Position numbers and translations under genes: made by a program. From Candidatus Riflebacteria bacterium HGW-Riflebacteria-1 (GTDB lineage Bacteria; Muiribacteriota; Ozemobacteria; Ozemobacterales; Ozemobacteraceae), in assembly GCA_002839445.1 (NCBI GenBank), contig PGYB01000011.1, positions 13,817-77,816 on the forward strand: 64,000 nt of DNA. Direction: 5' to 3'. Below the pieces are notes generated by a model. It was not told the DNA's origin, did no database searches, and worked only from the letters and a program-made list of their open reading frames with translations. Positions 19,472 to 27,692 of this stretch are shown piece after piece (position 1 is the first letter of the stretch; each line of letters opens with the position of its first letter).

Positions 19472-19664
19472 ACTCGATGTCGACCGAGACGTAGTCGCCC
19501 TCCTGCAGATCGCGATTTTTGAATTTTTCGCGTGGCACATAAATTTCCTGCATTGCCTCAGGATCATCAGGGTGACGAACAACAACAACAACGATGCCGG
19601 CTGTGATGCGGTCGACAACTCCCTGCACCCGTTTTTTCTTTTTAGTATCTCTGGTTCCTTTCAT
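19470..19664 (-). CDS. small hypothetical protein (64 aa), possibly DUF3006-like
   Basis: An ORF with a hydrophobic core GVVDRITAGIVVVVV and a lysine-rich N-terminus. The family assignment is tentative. Confidence 0.45.
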   Translation of the reverse strand: MKGTRDTKKKKRVQGVVDRITAGIVVVVVRHPDDPEAMQEIYVPREKFKNRDLQEGDYVSVDIE

Positions 19665-19755
19665 GGCGTATCCTCCTCTTTCTTTCTATCTTTTTTTCTC
19701 TATCCTAATTCTAATGATTTTTGCTGTTGTTTGCAGGTGTTTTTTGCAGGGGGCT

Positions 19756-19853
19756 CAACATCGTAGAGGGGCAACATCGTAGGGGTTCAACATCGTATGG
19801 CTCAAAATCGTAGGCGTTCAACATCGTAGGTGTTCAACATGTTGAACCCCTGC
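19756..19853. repeat. iteron-like array of six direct repeats of CAACATCGTAG with a 16-bp period, ending in the palindrome GTTCAACATGTTGAAC
   Basis: Repeat starts are at 19756, 19772, 19788, 19803, 19819 and 19835, a spacing of 15-16 bp. The last unit is the palindromic copy. The array lies in the divergent promoter region between the small minus-strand gene and the ACT/UPF0210 operon. Confidence 0.7.
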
Positions 19854-19943
19854 AAGAGATCAATGTATTCTTCTTTACCTTGTTTGAACTATCTGCTATT
19901 ATGCCTCAGTACAACGCGATATAGCCACAGGGGGAGGTTCCCG

Positions 19944-20228
19944 GTGAACAATAACAAGGAACAGGTCGTAATTACCGTGCTTGGCGCCAATAACCCCGGC
20001 ATTCTTGCCGGCATAACCCGCACCATTGCCGATTCAAACGTAAATGTCGAAGACGTCAGCCAGAAAATCATGCAGGATCTCTTTGCCCTGATGATGATGA
20101 CCGACTTTTCAGCGGCCAACTGCAGTTTTGAAGAATTTCAGAACCGCATGCAGGCCATGGCCGACCAGCTTCGCGTCAAAGTTTTCATCCAACACGAAGA
20201 TGTTTTCAGGTATCAGCATCGACTCTGA
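19944..20228 (+). CDS. ACT domain protein (UPF0237 family)
   Basis: The start is a GTG preceded by a strong RBS GGGGGAGG. The sequence VVITVLGANNPGILAGITRTIADSNVNVEDVSQKIMQDLFALMMMTDF matches the UPF0237 ACT pattern. It is paired with a UPF0210 gene as usual for this family. Confidence 0.75.
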   Translation: MNNNKEQVVITVLGANNPGILAGITRTIADSNVNVEDVSQKIMQDLFALMMMTDFSAANCSFEEFQNRMQAMADQLRVKVFIQHEDVFRYQHRL

Positions 20229-20286
20229 TGCTTGATGGTCACCGCGCTGCCCGCCGCCGCGCGTATTGCAACGATGGAGGCAATAA

Positions 20287-21648
20287 ATGCTTTTTTCGCT
20301 CGAAGAAGTCATCGAAACCATCAGTGCCGTAGGTGTCGAAACCTTTGATATCCGCACGGTTTCATGCGGTATCAACATACTGAGTTGTGCTGATTCTGAT
20401 GTTAACAAATGCGCCGAAAAGGTCTACGAAAAGGTAGTCAGAGTCGGTCGCGATCTTGTGCCAACCGCCCGCATCCTCGAAAAAAAATACGGTATCCCCA
20501 TCGTTAACAAACGCATTTCAGTTACCCCGGTTTCAATGCTTGCTAACGCATTCACCGAGCCTACCGCCGTACCTATAGCCATTGCTCTCGATAACGCCGC
20601 TAAAGAACTGGGTATTGATTACATCGCCGGCTTTGGTGCCCTTGTTCATAAGGGTTTCACTCGTGGCGACCAGATTCTGATTAATTCGATTCCTGATGCG
20701 CTCTGTAGCACTGATCGAGTCTGCTCCAGCGTTAATATCGGCAGCTCGCAGTCCGGTATCAACATGGATGGCGTCTATCGCATGGCCGAAGTCGTCAAGG
20801 AAGCCGCCGAACGTTCGCGCGATAAAAACGGCCTGGCCTGCGCCAAGCTGGTTGTGTTCTGCAACGCTGTCGAAGACAACCCCTTCATCGCCGGCTCTTT
20901 CCTCGGTGCCGGTGAAGCCGAAGCCATAATTAACGTCGGTATTTCTGGCCCCGGCGTCGTGCGCGCTGCACTCGAACGTGCCGGCAACCTCTCATTTGGC
21001 GAACTTTCTGAACTTATTAAAAAAGTCAGCTTCAAAATTACCCGGACTGGTGAGCTTATCGGCCGCGAAGCATCACGTATGATGGGTATTCCATTCGGAA
21101 TTATCGATCTGTCACTGGCTCCAACACCAGCTGCGGGCGATTCAATCTCTGATATTCTCGAACTCATGGGACTCGAACGCACCGGCTGCCACGGCACTAC
21201 AGCGGCTCTTGCCATGCTCAATGACGCCGTTAAAAAGGGCGGCATGATGGCGGCCACCTACGCCGGCGGCCTCAGCGGCGCCTTTATACCGGTTACCGAA
21301 GATGCCGGCATGTGCCGCGCCATTGAAGACGGTGCTCTCAACATTCAAAAACTCGAAGCCATGACCTGCGTCTGCTCGGTTGGCCTTGATATGGTCGCGA
21401 TTCCCGGCGACACTTCGGTCGATGTAATTGCCGGCATTATTGCTGACGAAGCTGCTATCGGCATGATCAACCACAAGACCACCGCCTGCCGCCTGATCCC
21501 GGTACCCGGTATGAAAGCCGGCGATGTCGTTGATTTCGGCGGCCTGCTTGGCAAAGGCCCGGTAATGGAAGTAGGCCGCCACTCTCCGGCCGTGTTCGTG
21601 CGTCGCGGCGGCCGCATACCAGCTCCCGTCCACAGCATGAAAAACTAG
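20287..21648 (+). CDS. UPF0210 family protein (DUF711)
   Basis: A 453-aa protein. The N-terminus EEVIETISAVGVETFDIRTVSCGINIL resembles the UPF0210 start (EILETI..EENLDIRTVTMGISLL). It follows the ACT gene, and an RBS GATGGAGG is present. Confidence 0.7.
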   Translation: MLFSLEEVIETISAVGVETFDIRTVSCGINILSCADSDVNKCAEKVYEKVVRVGRDLVPTARILEKKYGIPIVNKRISVTPVSMLANAFTEPTAVPIAIALDNAAKELGIDYIAGFGALVHKGFTRGDQILINSIPDALCSTDRVCSSVNIGSSQSGINMDGVYRMAEVVKEAAERSRDKNGLACAKLVVFCNAVEDNPFIAGSFLGAGEAEAIINVGISGPGVVRAALERAGNLSFGELSELIKKVSFKITRTGELIGREASRMMGIPFGIIDLSLAPTPAAGDSISDILELMGLERTGCHGTTAALAMLNDAVKKGGMMAATYAGGLSGAFIPVTEDAGMCRAIEDGALNIQKLEAMTCVCSVGLDMVAIPGDTSVDVIAGIIADEAAIGMINHKTTACRLIPVPGMKAGDVVDFGGLLGKGPVMEVGRHSPAVFVRRGGRIPAPVHSMKN

Positions 21649-21670
21649 TCAGAAGACATGCATTTCAACC

Positions 21671-21706
21671 GGCCCTGAAAGCGTAACACGCTTTCAGGGC
21701 CTTTTT
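21671..21706 (+). terminator. rho-independent terminator after the UPF0210 gene
   Basis: GGCCCTGAAAGCG-taaca-CGCTTTCAGGGCC followed by TTTTT. Confidence 0.8.
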
Positions 21707-21726
21707 AATCACTTCTAAGAGCCAAG

Positions 21727-24672
21727 ATGTATAAAAACAAAGAGCTTCATCTGCGCGGCATGATCAGCCTGGTGTTTGCTTTTGTCGTGCTGGCTCCCCT
21801 GATCCTTATTGTTGCTGACCTCGCTAATGTGGCAAAGCAGCTTTGCCAGCAAAAGCTAGCTGCTGCCCGCCAGGAAGTCAAACAGGAGCTTGCGTTATTT
21901 CGCGAAAGTCTTATTCCACGGCAGTTTGTCGAGAATCTCATCAAGGCCGGCGAAGCGTGTGTCGGTCTGAACCCTGAAACCATGCAGCGCCCGGTGTTTG
22001 CGCGCAATCAGGATGCCGGTGTTTTTACTTCTGCAACCATAGCTCAGCTGCTCGAGTTTTATCAGCGCCAGACTGGAATAAAGCCCCTGGTTATGGTCTC
22101 TTTCAACACAGACTATGCCAATGTCTGGAGCTGGTTTAATGAAGACTATTCCGCTCTGAGAACACTCACTGATTCCGACCGCCGGCGTTTTACCTCGTTG
22201 CTCCCGATCTTTGTAGCAGACACAGCCACCTTTACTCCGGTCATTTCGAGCAATCCTGATGCTTTCGCGAACTTTAACAAACTTTTCGCGGGTGCCCTTC
22301 TCGGCGATCGGCGGGACTTCGCAACGCAAAAGTTCTTTTATGACTATCTGGGCGATCTGGCATATCGACCGCCCCACTATGGCCGGGTTTATGAGATGGC
22401 AACGACGCGTCTTGGTTCCCGGCGGTTTTTTACCTATCATCTGCCCGTCAAAGAAGGTGAAATGGTATACGGCGGTTATTTTGTGTTATTCGGCAGCAGA
22501 AATATCGCCACCGCAAAAATTCTTGAGTTATCCAGAAAAGGCACCCGTCCCGGCATGAAAAGGTTTTTTACCTCGGCTGACAAGTTCAGAAATAATCAGA
22601 TAGTCAGTCACAACAGCTTGTCGCTGAGTATGCCCTTTCCCGTCGAGCTCGCTTCCTACGACCGTCTGAGCGGCTCAATAAGCCAGTTCCCGGAAAGAAT
22701 AGCCGTTGCATTGTCAATAAGCGATCTCAGGAAGACTCATGACGATTATCTGAGCAATCTCGCTGTTTTCTGCCGTTTCGTCAGTCTAACGATATTCGCG
22801 GTAGCGGTTTATTTTACCCTGTTTGGCTTTCCTGGTGGCTTTCGACTGCGTCTGCGCATGATTGCCATCATTGCCCTGACCATTTTTTTACCATGGATCA
22901 TTCTTGGCTATTTTTGTCTCAGTCTGTTTGACAGCGTGCAAACCCTGGCTGGTCACGAACTGCGCGCAGAAGCTGGAAGTTCAATGTATCGTCTGATCAG
23001 TTATTATCACGATCAGAAACTGCAGCTCAATCTGGAACTGCTGAAAGCAAAAGACCGTCTGCTCAGATATGACGACAAAGCGCCAGAAGAACTCGAGAAA
23101 CTGCACGCACATAACATCGTTCCACCGGGCAGCAATTTTGATCTGTTATATTTTCGTGCAGATGGGTTCGCAAGAACATTCAGAGCAAAACATACTGAAA
23201 ACATATCTGTCCGCCGTATTGATTGTTATCTTGCCGCCAGATACATGGATAATCTCGGGGTGATCGACCGCGGTGTTCCAGCTAATCGTAAGTATCTTGA
23301 ACAGGGCGAATATTCTGCTGGCTTTATGGATTCACTTCAGATCAATTATTCAGAGCACACCAATATGTTTCTTGAAGGCGTCGAAACCCGTGAATGGAAA
23401 AAAGCCGACGAACTTTCCCGTATGGTTTATTTTCTGCTGCCTGATCCGAAATTGCCGGGGCAGCCGGTCAGGTCTGTCGCCAAAATTTCAATAAGTAGCC
23501 CAAATTTTGTGATGATAAGGCCTGGCAGCTTTAATCCCGGAGTCTATTCGCAGAGACTTCCGCAGCAGCAGCATGATTTTTTGATTGGTCAGCGTCGGGT
23601 TGACGACTCAATTCTGCGCTGGTGGCCTGATTATATCAATTCTTCTTCTGAACTCAAGCGCCAGGTTGATCTGGCTGCAAGCACTCGCAGTGGCGGCTCC
23701 AGGCTGACTCAGGATGGTAACGGTTTCAGGTTTGTTAATCGCCGCTACCTGAAAAGTCAGAGTCTTGTTTTCTCTGGCGTTTCTACAGCAGCGCAGGATC
23801 TCAGGGTAGAAATGCTGCTCAAGCTGTTTCCATTCGTTCTGCTGGCGCTGGCGCTGATATGCCTGTTTTTGTTTGCCGATCTGCTGGCCGCCATGTTCAT
23901 CAACCCGGTAGCCGGTTTTCGTTCCGCAACAGCTGAAATAGCTGGTGGCAACTACCAGGTGGCCGTAAAAATAGCGGCAACTGATGAGTTTTCTTCGCTT
24001 GCTGATGCATTTAACCGCATGGCTACCGGTCTTGCTCAACGCGAAAAAATGCGCCGCTTTGTTTCCGAAAACCTGTTTGAACGCATCGGGCAAAGCAGCA
24101 GTGATAATGCGGGAGCCAGTGAAGTCACTTTGCTGGCCAGTGACATTCGCAGCTTTACCACGCTCAGCGAAAAGCATGAGCCGCAGCAGATTGTCAGTCT
24201 GCTCAATGACTATTTTACCGAGATGGAATGCGCGATCAAAGAATCTGGCGGACTGATCGAACGTTTCGTGGGGGACGCAGTTGTCGCCGTTTTCTACAAC
24301 GACCAGACCGAAAAACCTGAGCATCGTGCGGTGCAGGCTGCTGTTCGTATGCGGGCGCGACTGGCCGGCCTGAACCGTCAGCGAACAGCTGCCGGGCTGT
24401 TTAACTTCGACAATGGCATAGGTATTGCAACCGGCGAAGCGGTTTCGGGAATTGCCGGCAGCTCGGCCGGCCGCCAGATCTTTTCTGTTATTGGCGAAGT
24501 GACCGGTCTTGCCGAAAAGCTCGAAAGCGCAAGTCGAAATGTGGCGTCACGCATTCTGATCTGCCCGAAAACAGCGGCCGGACTAGCTGATAGAACAGAT
24601 CTCAGCGAGGTGACCGGACAGTTTGGATTCGCAGCTTTTACCATAGTGGCCGACGAGGTGCTCAATGGCTGA
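21727..24672 (+). CDS. membrane sensor class III nucleotidyl cyclase, A-type subunit (paralog 2)
   Basis: A 981-aa protein with the same architecture as A1. The cyclase core is TLLASDIRSFTTLSEKHEPQQIVSLLNDYFTEMECAIKESGGLIERFVGDAVVAVFY. The Asn/Arg position is degenerate (GEVTGLAEKLESASR). Confidence 0.85.
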   Translation: MYKNKELHLRGMISLVFAFVVLAPLILIVADLANVAKQLCQQKLAAARQEVKQELALFRESLIPRQFVENLIKAGEACVGLNPETMQRPVFARNQDAGVFTSATIAQLLEFYQRQTGIKPLVMVSFNTDYANVWSWFNEDYSALRTLTDSDRRRFTSLLPIFVADTATFTPVISSNPDAFANFNKLFAGALLGDRRDFATQKFFYDYLGDLAYRPPHYGRVYEMATTRLGSRRFFTYHLPVKEGEMVYGGYFVLFGSRNIATAKILELSRKGTRPGMKRFFTSADKFRNNQIVSHNSLSLSMPFPVELASYDRLSGSISQFPERIAVALSISDLRKTHDDYLSNLAVFCRFVSLTIFAVAVYFTLFGFPGGFRLRLRMIAIIALTIFLPWIILGYFCLSLFDSVQTLAGHELRAEAGSSMYRLISYYHDQKLQLNLELLKAKDRLLRYDDKAPEELEKLHAHNIVPPGSNFDLLYFRADGFARTFRAKHTENISVRRIDCYLAARYMDNLGVIDRGVPANRKYLEQGEYSAGFMDSLQINYSEHTNMFLEGVETREWKKADELSRMVYFLLPDPKLPGQPVRSVAKISISSPNFVMIRPGSFNPGVYSQRLPQQQHDFLIGQRRVDDSILRWWPDYINSSSELKRQVDLAASTRSGGSRLTQDGNGFRFVNRRYLKSQSLVFSGVSTAAQDLRVEMLLKLFPFVLLALALICLFLFADLLAAMFINPVAGFRSATAEIAGGNYQVAVKIAATDEFSSLADAFNRMATGLAQREKMRRFVSENLFERIGQSSSDNAGASEVTLLASDIRSFTTLSEKHEPQQIVSLLNDYFTEMECAIKESGGLIERFVGDAVVAVFYNDQTEKPEHRAVQAAVRMRARLAGLNRQRTAAGLFNFDNGIGIATGEAVSGIAGSSAGRQIFSVIGEVTGLAEKLESASRNVASRILICPKTAAGLADRTDLSEVTGQFGFAAFTIVADEVLNG

Positions 24673-27586
24673 AATCACCACCCGCAGCACCATAAAAATA
24701 GAGCGTCGTGTCGGCTTTATGACGCTGCTGGCTGTCTGGTTGGCCGTGTTTGTTTTGCCCGTTGTTCTGCTGCAACTGAGTCTCGACTATCTGTTTAAAC
24801 TGACGCGCCAGGCGAATTTGCGGGCGATGACTCCGAAAATGACCAACGAGATGGACAGTTTTCGCAACGACCTCGAAATTGATAACTATCTGCAGAGAAG
24901 CCTCGAAAAGTTCTTTGCTGACCCCGCCAGCCAGTCTGAGAACGATCCGGCAATGCTGGCAAAAAAACTGCGCGCGACTGCAGATCTGCCGGTGGCCGGC
25001 GTAATATCACATTCAGCCGATACCATCAATGTGGAACACTGGTTCGGCGAACAACTCGCCAGAGAAATCCCCAGTCTTTCGCGCAGTCTCACACGCCGCT
25101 GGCTGGTATCAGTCAATGAGCAGCAGCTTTTCCGCTTTCACAGCACTGCAGCCGAAGCCGCTACCCAGGCACTTTTTCGCTTTGTCGATCCGGCAAAGTC
25201 GAAAAGAGATTCAGACCTGTTTTTTCGACGAATGTTTGCCCTGATCGCAGAACTTCCGTTGGTTCCCCGACGGATCACCCGCTCGCTGTCATCGCGACTG
25301 GGCGGCCCGGTGTATTTTTATTACCATCCCTTCGTTGCACCGTCTGCATCTGGTCTGCACATTACCGGGGGGTGTCTGCTGATTTTCCGCGGCCCGGATA
25401 TCGCATGGCGAAAAGTTGCCCGCGCAGCAGTTGAGCGCTCGGCGCCAGGACTGTTTCGCTGTTTTGCCAGGCTTTCGGATTCACTTTGGGAACGCGATAC
25501 CAGTCTTCAAAAGGTTATCACCAGGTTTTTTGAAGACTCTGACGGATATCACTTTCAGTCGACGCTTTCTCAGAGCAGCATGGTCGATCTTACGCAAAAC
25601 GGCTCTTTCATGCCGGTCCGGCTGCGTGAATTTGCCAGCAGAATGCCGCTTCTGCAGATCTCAATTGCCGAATCGCAATTACAGCACCCGTTGTTTCCAT
25701 ATCGATCTCATATCAGCTTTGCCGGAAAACTTTTTGTTTTGTTCGGTACTCTTTTTCTGACCAGCTTTTTTATGTTTGGCTTCGAATTCAAAGCAGGTAT
25801 AACGACCAAAGTGGTTATTGGTACCGCATTTATTCTGCTGCTGCCGTTTCTGCTGCTTCTCGCCGGTTTTGTCAGCTGGAACCAGTTTAACCAGGTTGTC
25901 GGCTGGTACCGGTTGGAATCAGGACAGCAACAGTTGTTTTCAGATTTTACCGACGATTTTGCCACTTTCCTGATCAGTTTGCAGCGCAATACTTATGATT
26001 TGTCGTTACAGCTTGAGAGGCCTCTTGATTCGGGAAAAGACGATGAAATTCAAGGTGTTTTAGCGCGCTGGCTCGACCAGAATCCTGTTGTCTCAGGCCT
26101 GCGTTTTGACCGCAAGTTTAACGACAGCCTGAATTTGCGCTCGCCTTCAGCAAAGGATTCTGATGATGCTGTGCGCGAATCTACCATGCGCCTGGTTGCT
26201 GCAACGATAATGTATGGGTTTGATGATGAAGGAGCGCTGAAAGAGTCCAATAAATTCGGCCAGGAGGGCGATATCACTTCGATAAATTCAAGCTTCATTA
26301 ACGACGTGGTCAATCGTTGCGGCGGAGTTTATCAGTTTGCTTCTTTTGGCAGTAGCCGTAGATTTTCGTCCATATACTATAATTACCCCGGCAAATACAG
26401 TATTCGTGCCATCATCACTGCAGCTTTTGAGCGTGAAAATCTGTTGCGTGAATTCGCCATCAGGCACTTCGCTGCACCATCCGATATTTTTCATCAGTTT
26501 TTTCTGATTCGCGAAGATCTCGGCGTGCCGAGATTTTACAGCCTTACAGACAACAGCGAAGTAACCGATGCAAAGCTGCTCGAACATCTTAATCTGGCGC
26601 TGATTTCCGGGCACAATCTTTATGAGCCGGAAAAGAACCAGCTTGCCCAGATTTTTGCGATGAGTGATATGCCATTGCTGATGCTGACGCGTGGCACAAT
26701 TGGCAGCAGCCAGTTGTTTGCACCGGGTTTTACGATTCTGCTGCTTTTGTATGCGTTGCTTCTCATGGTGCTGATCCTGCTGGTTTTCAAACTGATATAT
26801 CTACAGCCTATCGCGGAATTTATACGAGTCACCGAGAGTGTTGCGGTCGGCGACTATCAGCAGCAGGTCGAACTTTCACAGACCGACGAGTTTGGCGATC
26901 TTAAGGTCGCCTTTGATAGCATGATCAAAGGCCTCGAACAACGTCGTCGCCTCAGTCATTTTCTTTCAAGTGAAGCATTGCGTGCGGTAGAGTCTGATGG
27001 CGATGACAGTATGGCTCCGGGTGGAATACGTCTTGAGGCCAGCGTTGCTTTTGTGCGTCTGCATAACCTTCAGCAGCATGCCCAGGGCTCACAGGCAATT
27101 TTTAAGACACTTGGCGACTTTATCAACGAAGCTGACCGTGCTGCCATGCGTTACGGCGGCGTTGTCGACAAGCTGATCGAGGACACTCTCATGCTGGTAT
27201 TTCGAGGCAACAGCGGTTGTTGCGATCATGCGCCTGCTGCTGCCACGGCGGTACTCGACCTGGTTGCAACGATGCGGAGTTGTGGTTTTGAGCTGCGTGG
27301 AGCTATTGCCAGCGGAACAGTGGTCTCTGGCCGTATTGGCTCACGCCTTGGCAAGCTTGATTTTACCGTGATCGGCGACACGGTAAATCTTGCCGCCCGT
27401 CTCAAGGCCGAAGCGCATCGCACCACACAGACCGGAATCATCGTAGCGCCCTCGACCATACGCCTGTTGCGCGGTCGCGCCCGTGTCAACTTCATTGAGC
27501 GCGTTGAAATCAAGGGTAAAAGCCGCGAATACCCGCTTTATGAGCTGACCGCCCTGCGTCAGAGCTTATCAAAAACTGAAAATTAG
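24665..27586 (+). CDS. membrane sensor cyclase B-type subunit (paralog 2)
   Basis: The start MAEITTRS overlaps the A2 stop by 8 nt (ATGGCTGA). The HAMP region is IYLQPIAEFIRVTESVAVGDY. The cyclase-like core is SVAFVRLHNL ... DKLIEDTLMLVFRG ... DFTVIGDTVNLAARLKA. Confidence 0.8.
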   Translation: MAEITTRSTIKIERRVGFMTLLAVWLAVFVLPVVLLQLSLDYLFKLTRQANLRAMTPKMTNEMDSFRNDLEIDNYLQRSLEKFFADPASQSENDPAMLAKKLRATADLPVAGVISHSADTINVEHWFGEQLAREIPSLSRSLTRRWLVSVNEQQLFRFHSTAAEAATQALFRFVDPAKSKRDSDLFFRRMFALIAELPLVPRRITRSLSSRLGGPVYFYYHPFVAPSASGLHITGGCLLIFRGPDIAWRKVARAAVERSAPGLFRCFARLSDSLWERDTSLQKVITRFFEDSDGYHFQSTLSQSSMVDLTQNGSFMPVRLREFASRMPLLQISIAESQLQHPLFPYRSHISFAGKLFVLFGTLFLTSFFMFGFEFKAGITTKVVIGTAFILLLPFLLLLAGFVSWNQFNQVVGWYRLESGQQQLFSDFTDDFATFLISLQRNTYDLSLQLERPLDSGKDDEIQGVLARWLDQNPVVSGLRFDRKFNDSLNLRSPSAKDSDDAVRESTMRLVAATIMYGFDDEGALKESNKFGQEGDITSINSSFINDVVNRCGGVYQFASFGSSRRFSSIYYNYPGKYSIRAIITAAFERENLLREFAIRHFAAPSDIFHQFFLIREDLGVPRFYSLTDNSEVTDAKLLEHLNLALISGHNLYEPEKNQLAQIFAMSDMPLLMLTRGTIGSSQLFAPGFTILLLLYALLLMVLILLVFKLIYLQPIAEFIRVTESVAVGDYQQQVELSQTDEFGDLKVAFDSMIKGLEQRRRLSHFLSSEALRAVESDGDDSMAPGGIRLEASVAFVRLHNLQQHAQGSQAIFKTLGDFINEADRAAMRYGGVVDKLIEDTLMLVFRGNSGCCDHAPAAATAVLDLVATMRSCGFELRGAIASGTVVSGRIGSRLGKLDFTVIGDTVNLAARLKAEAHRTTQTGIIVAPSTIRLLRGRARVNFIERVEIKGKSREYPLYELTALRQSLSKTEN

Positions 27587-27692
27587 TGTAGCCTTATTGC
27601 ACTGTTTTGCATTGGCTGGAGAGGTTACACCTGTTATCATTTCTCAATTGCGGATGATAACGTGAAAGCGAAATACGCCTGGATAAAACGGA

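Noticed and set aside
19830-19943. Long N-terminal extension of the ACT-domain gene (ORF-track start 19830)
   Set aside because: A strong RBS GGGGGAGG sits immediately before an internal GTG at 19944. The upstream part overlaps the palindrome and repeat region and has no ACT-family homology.
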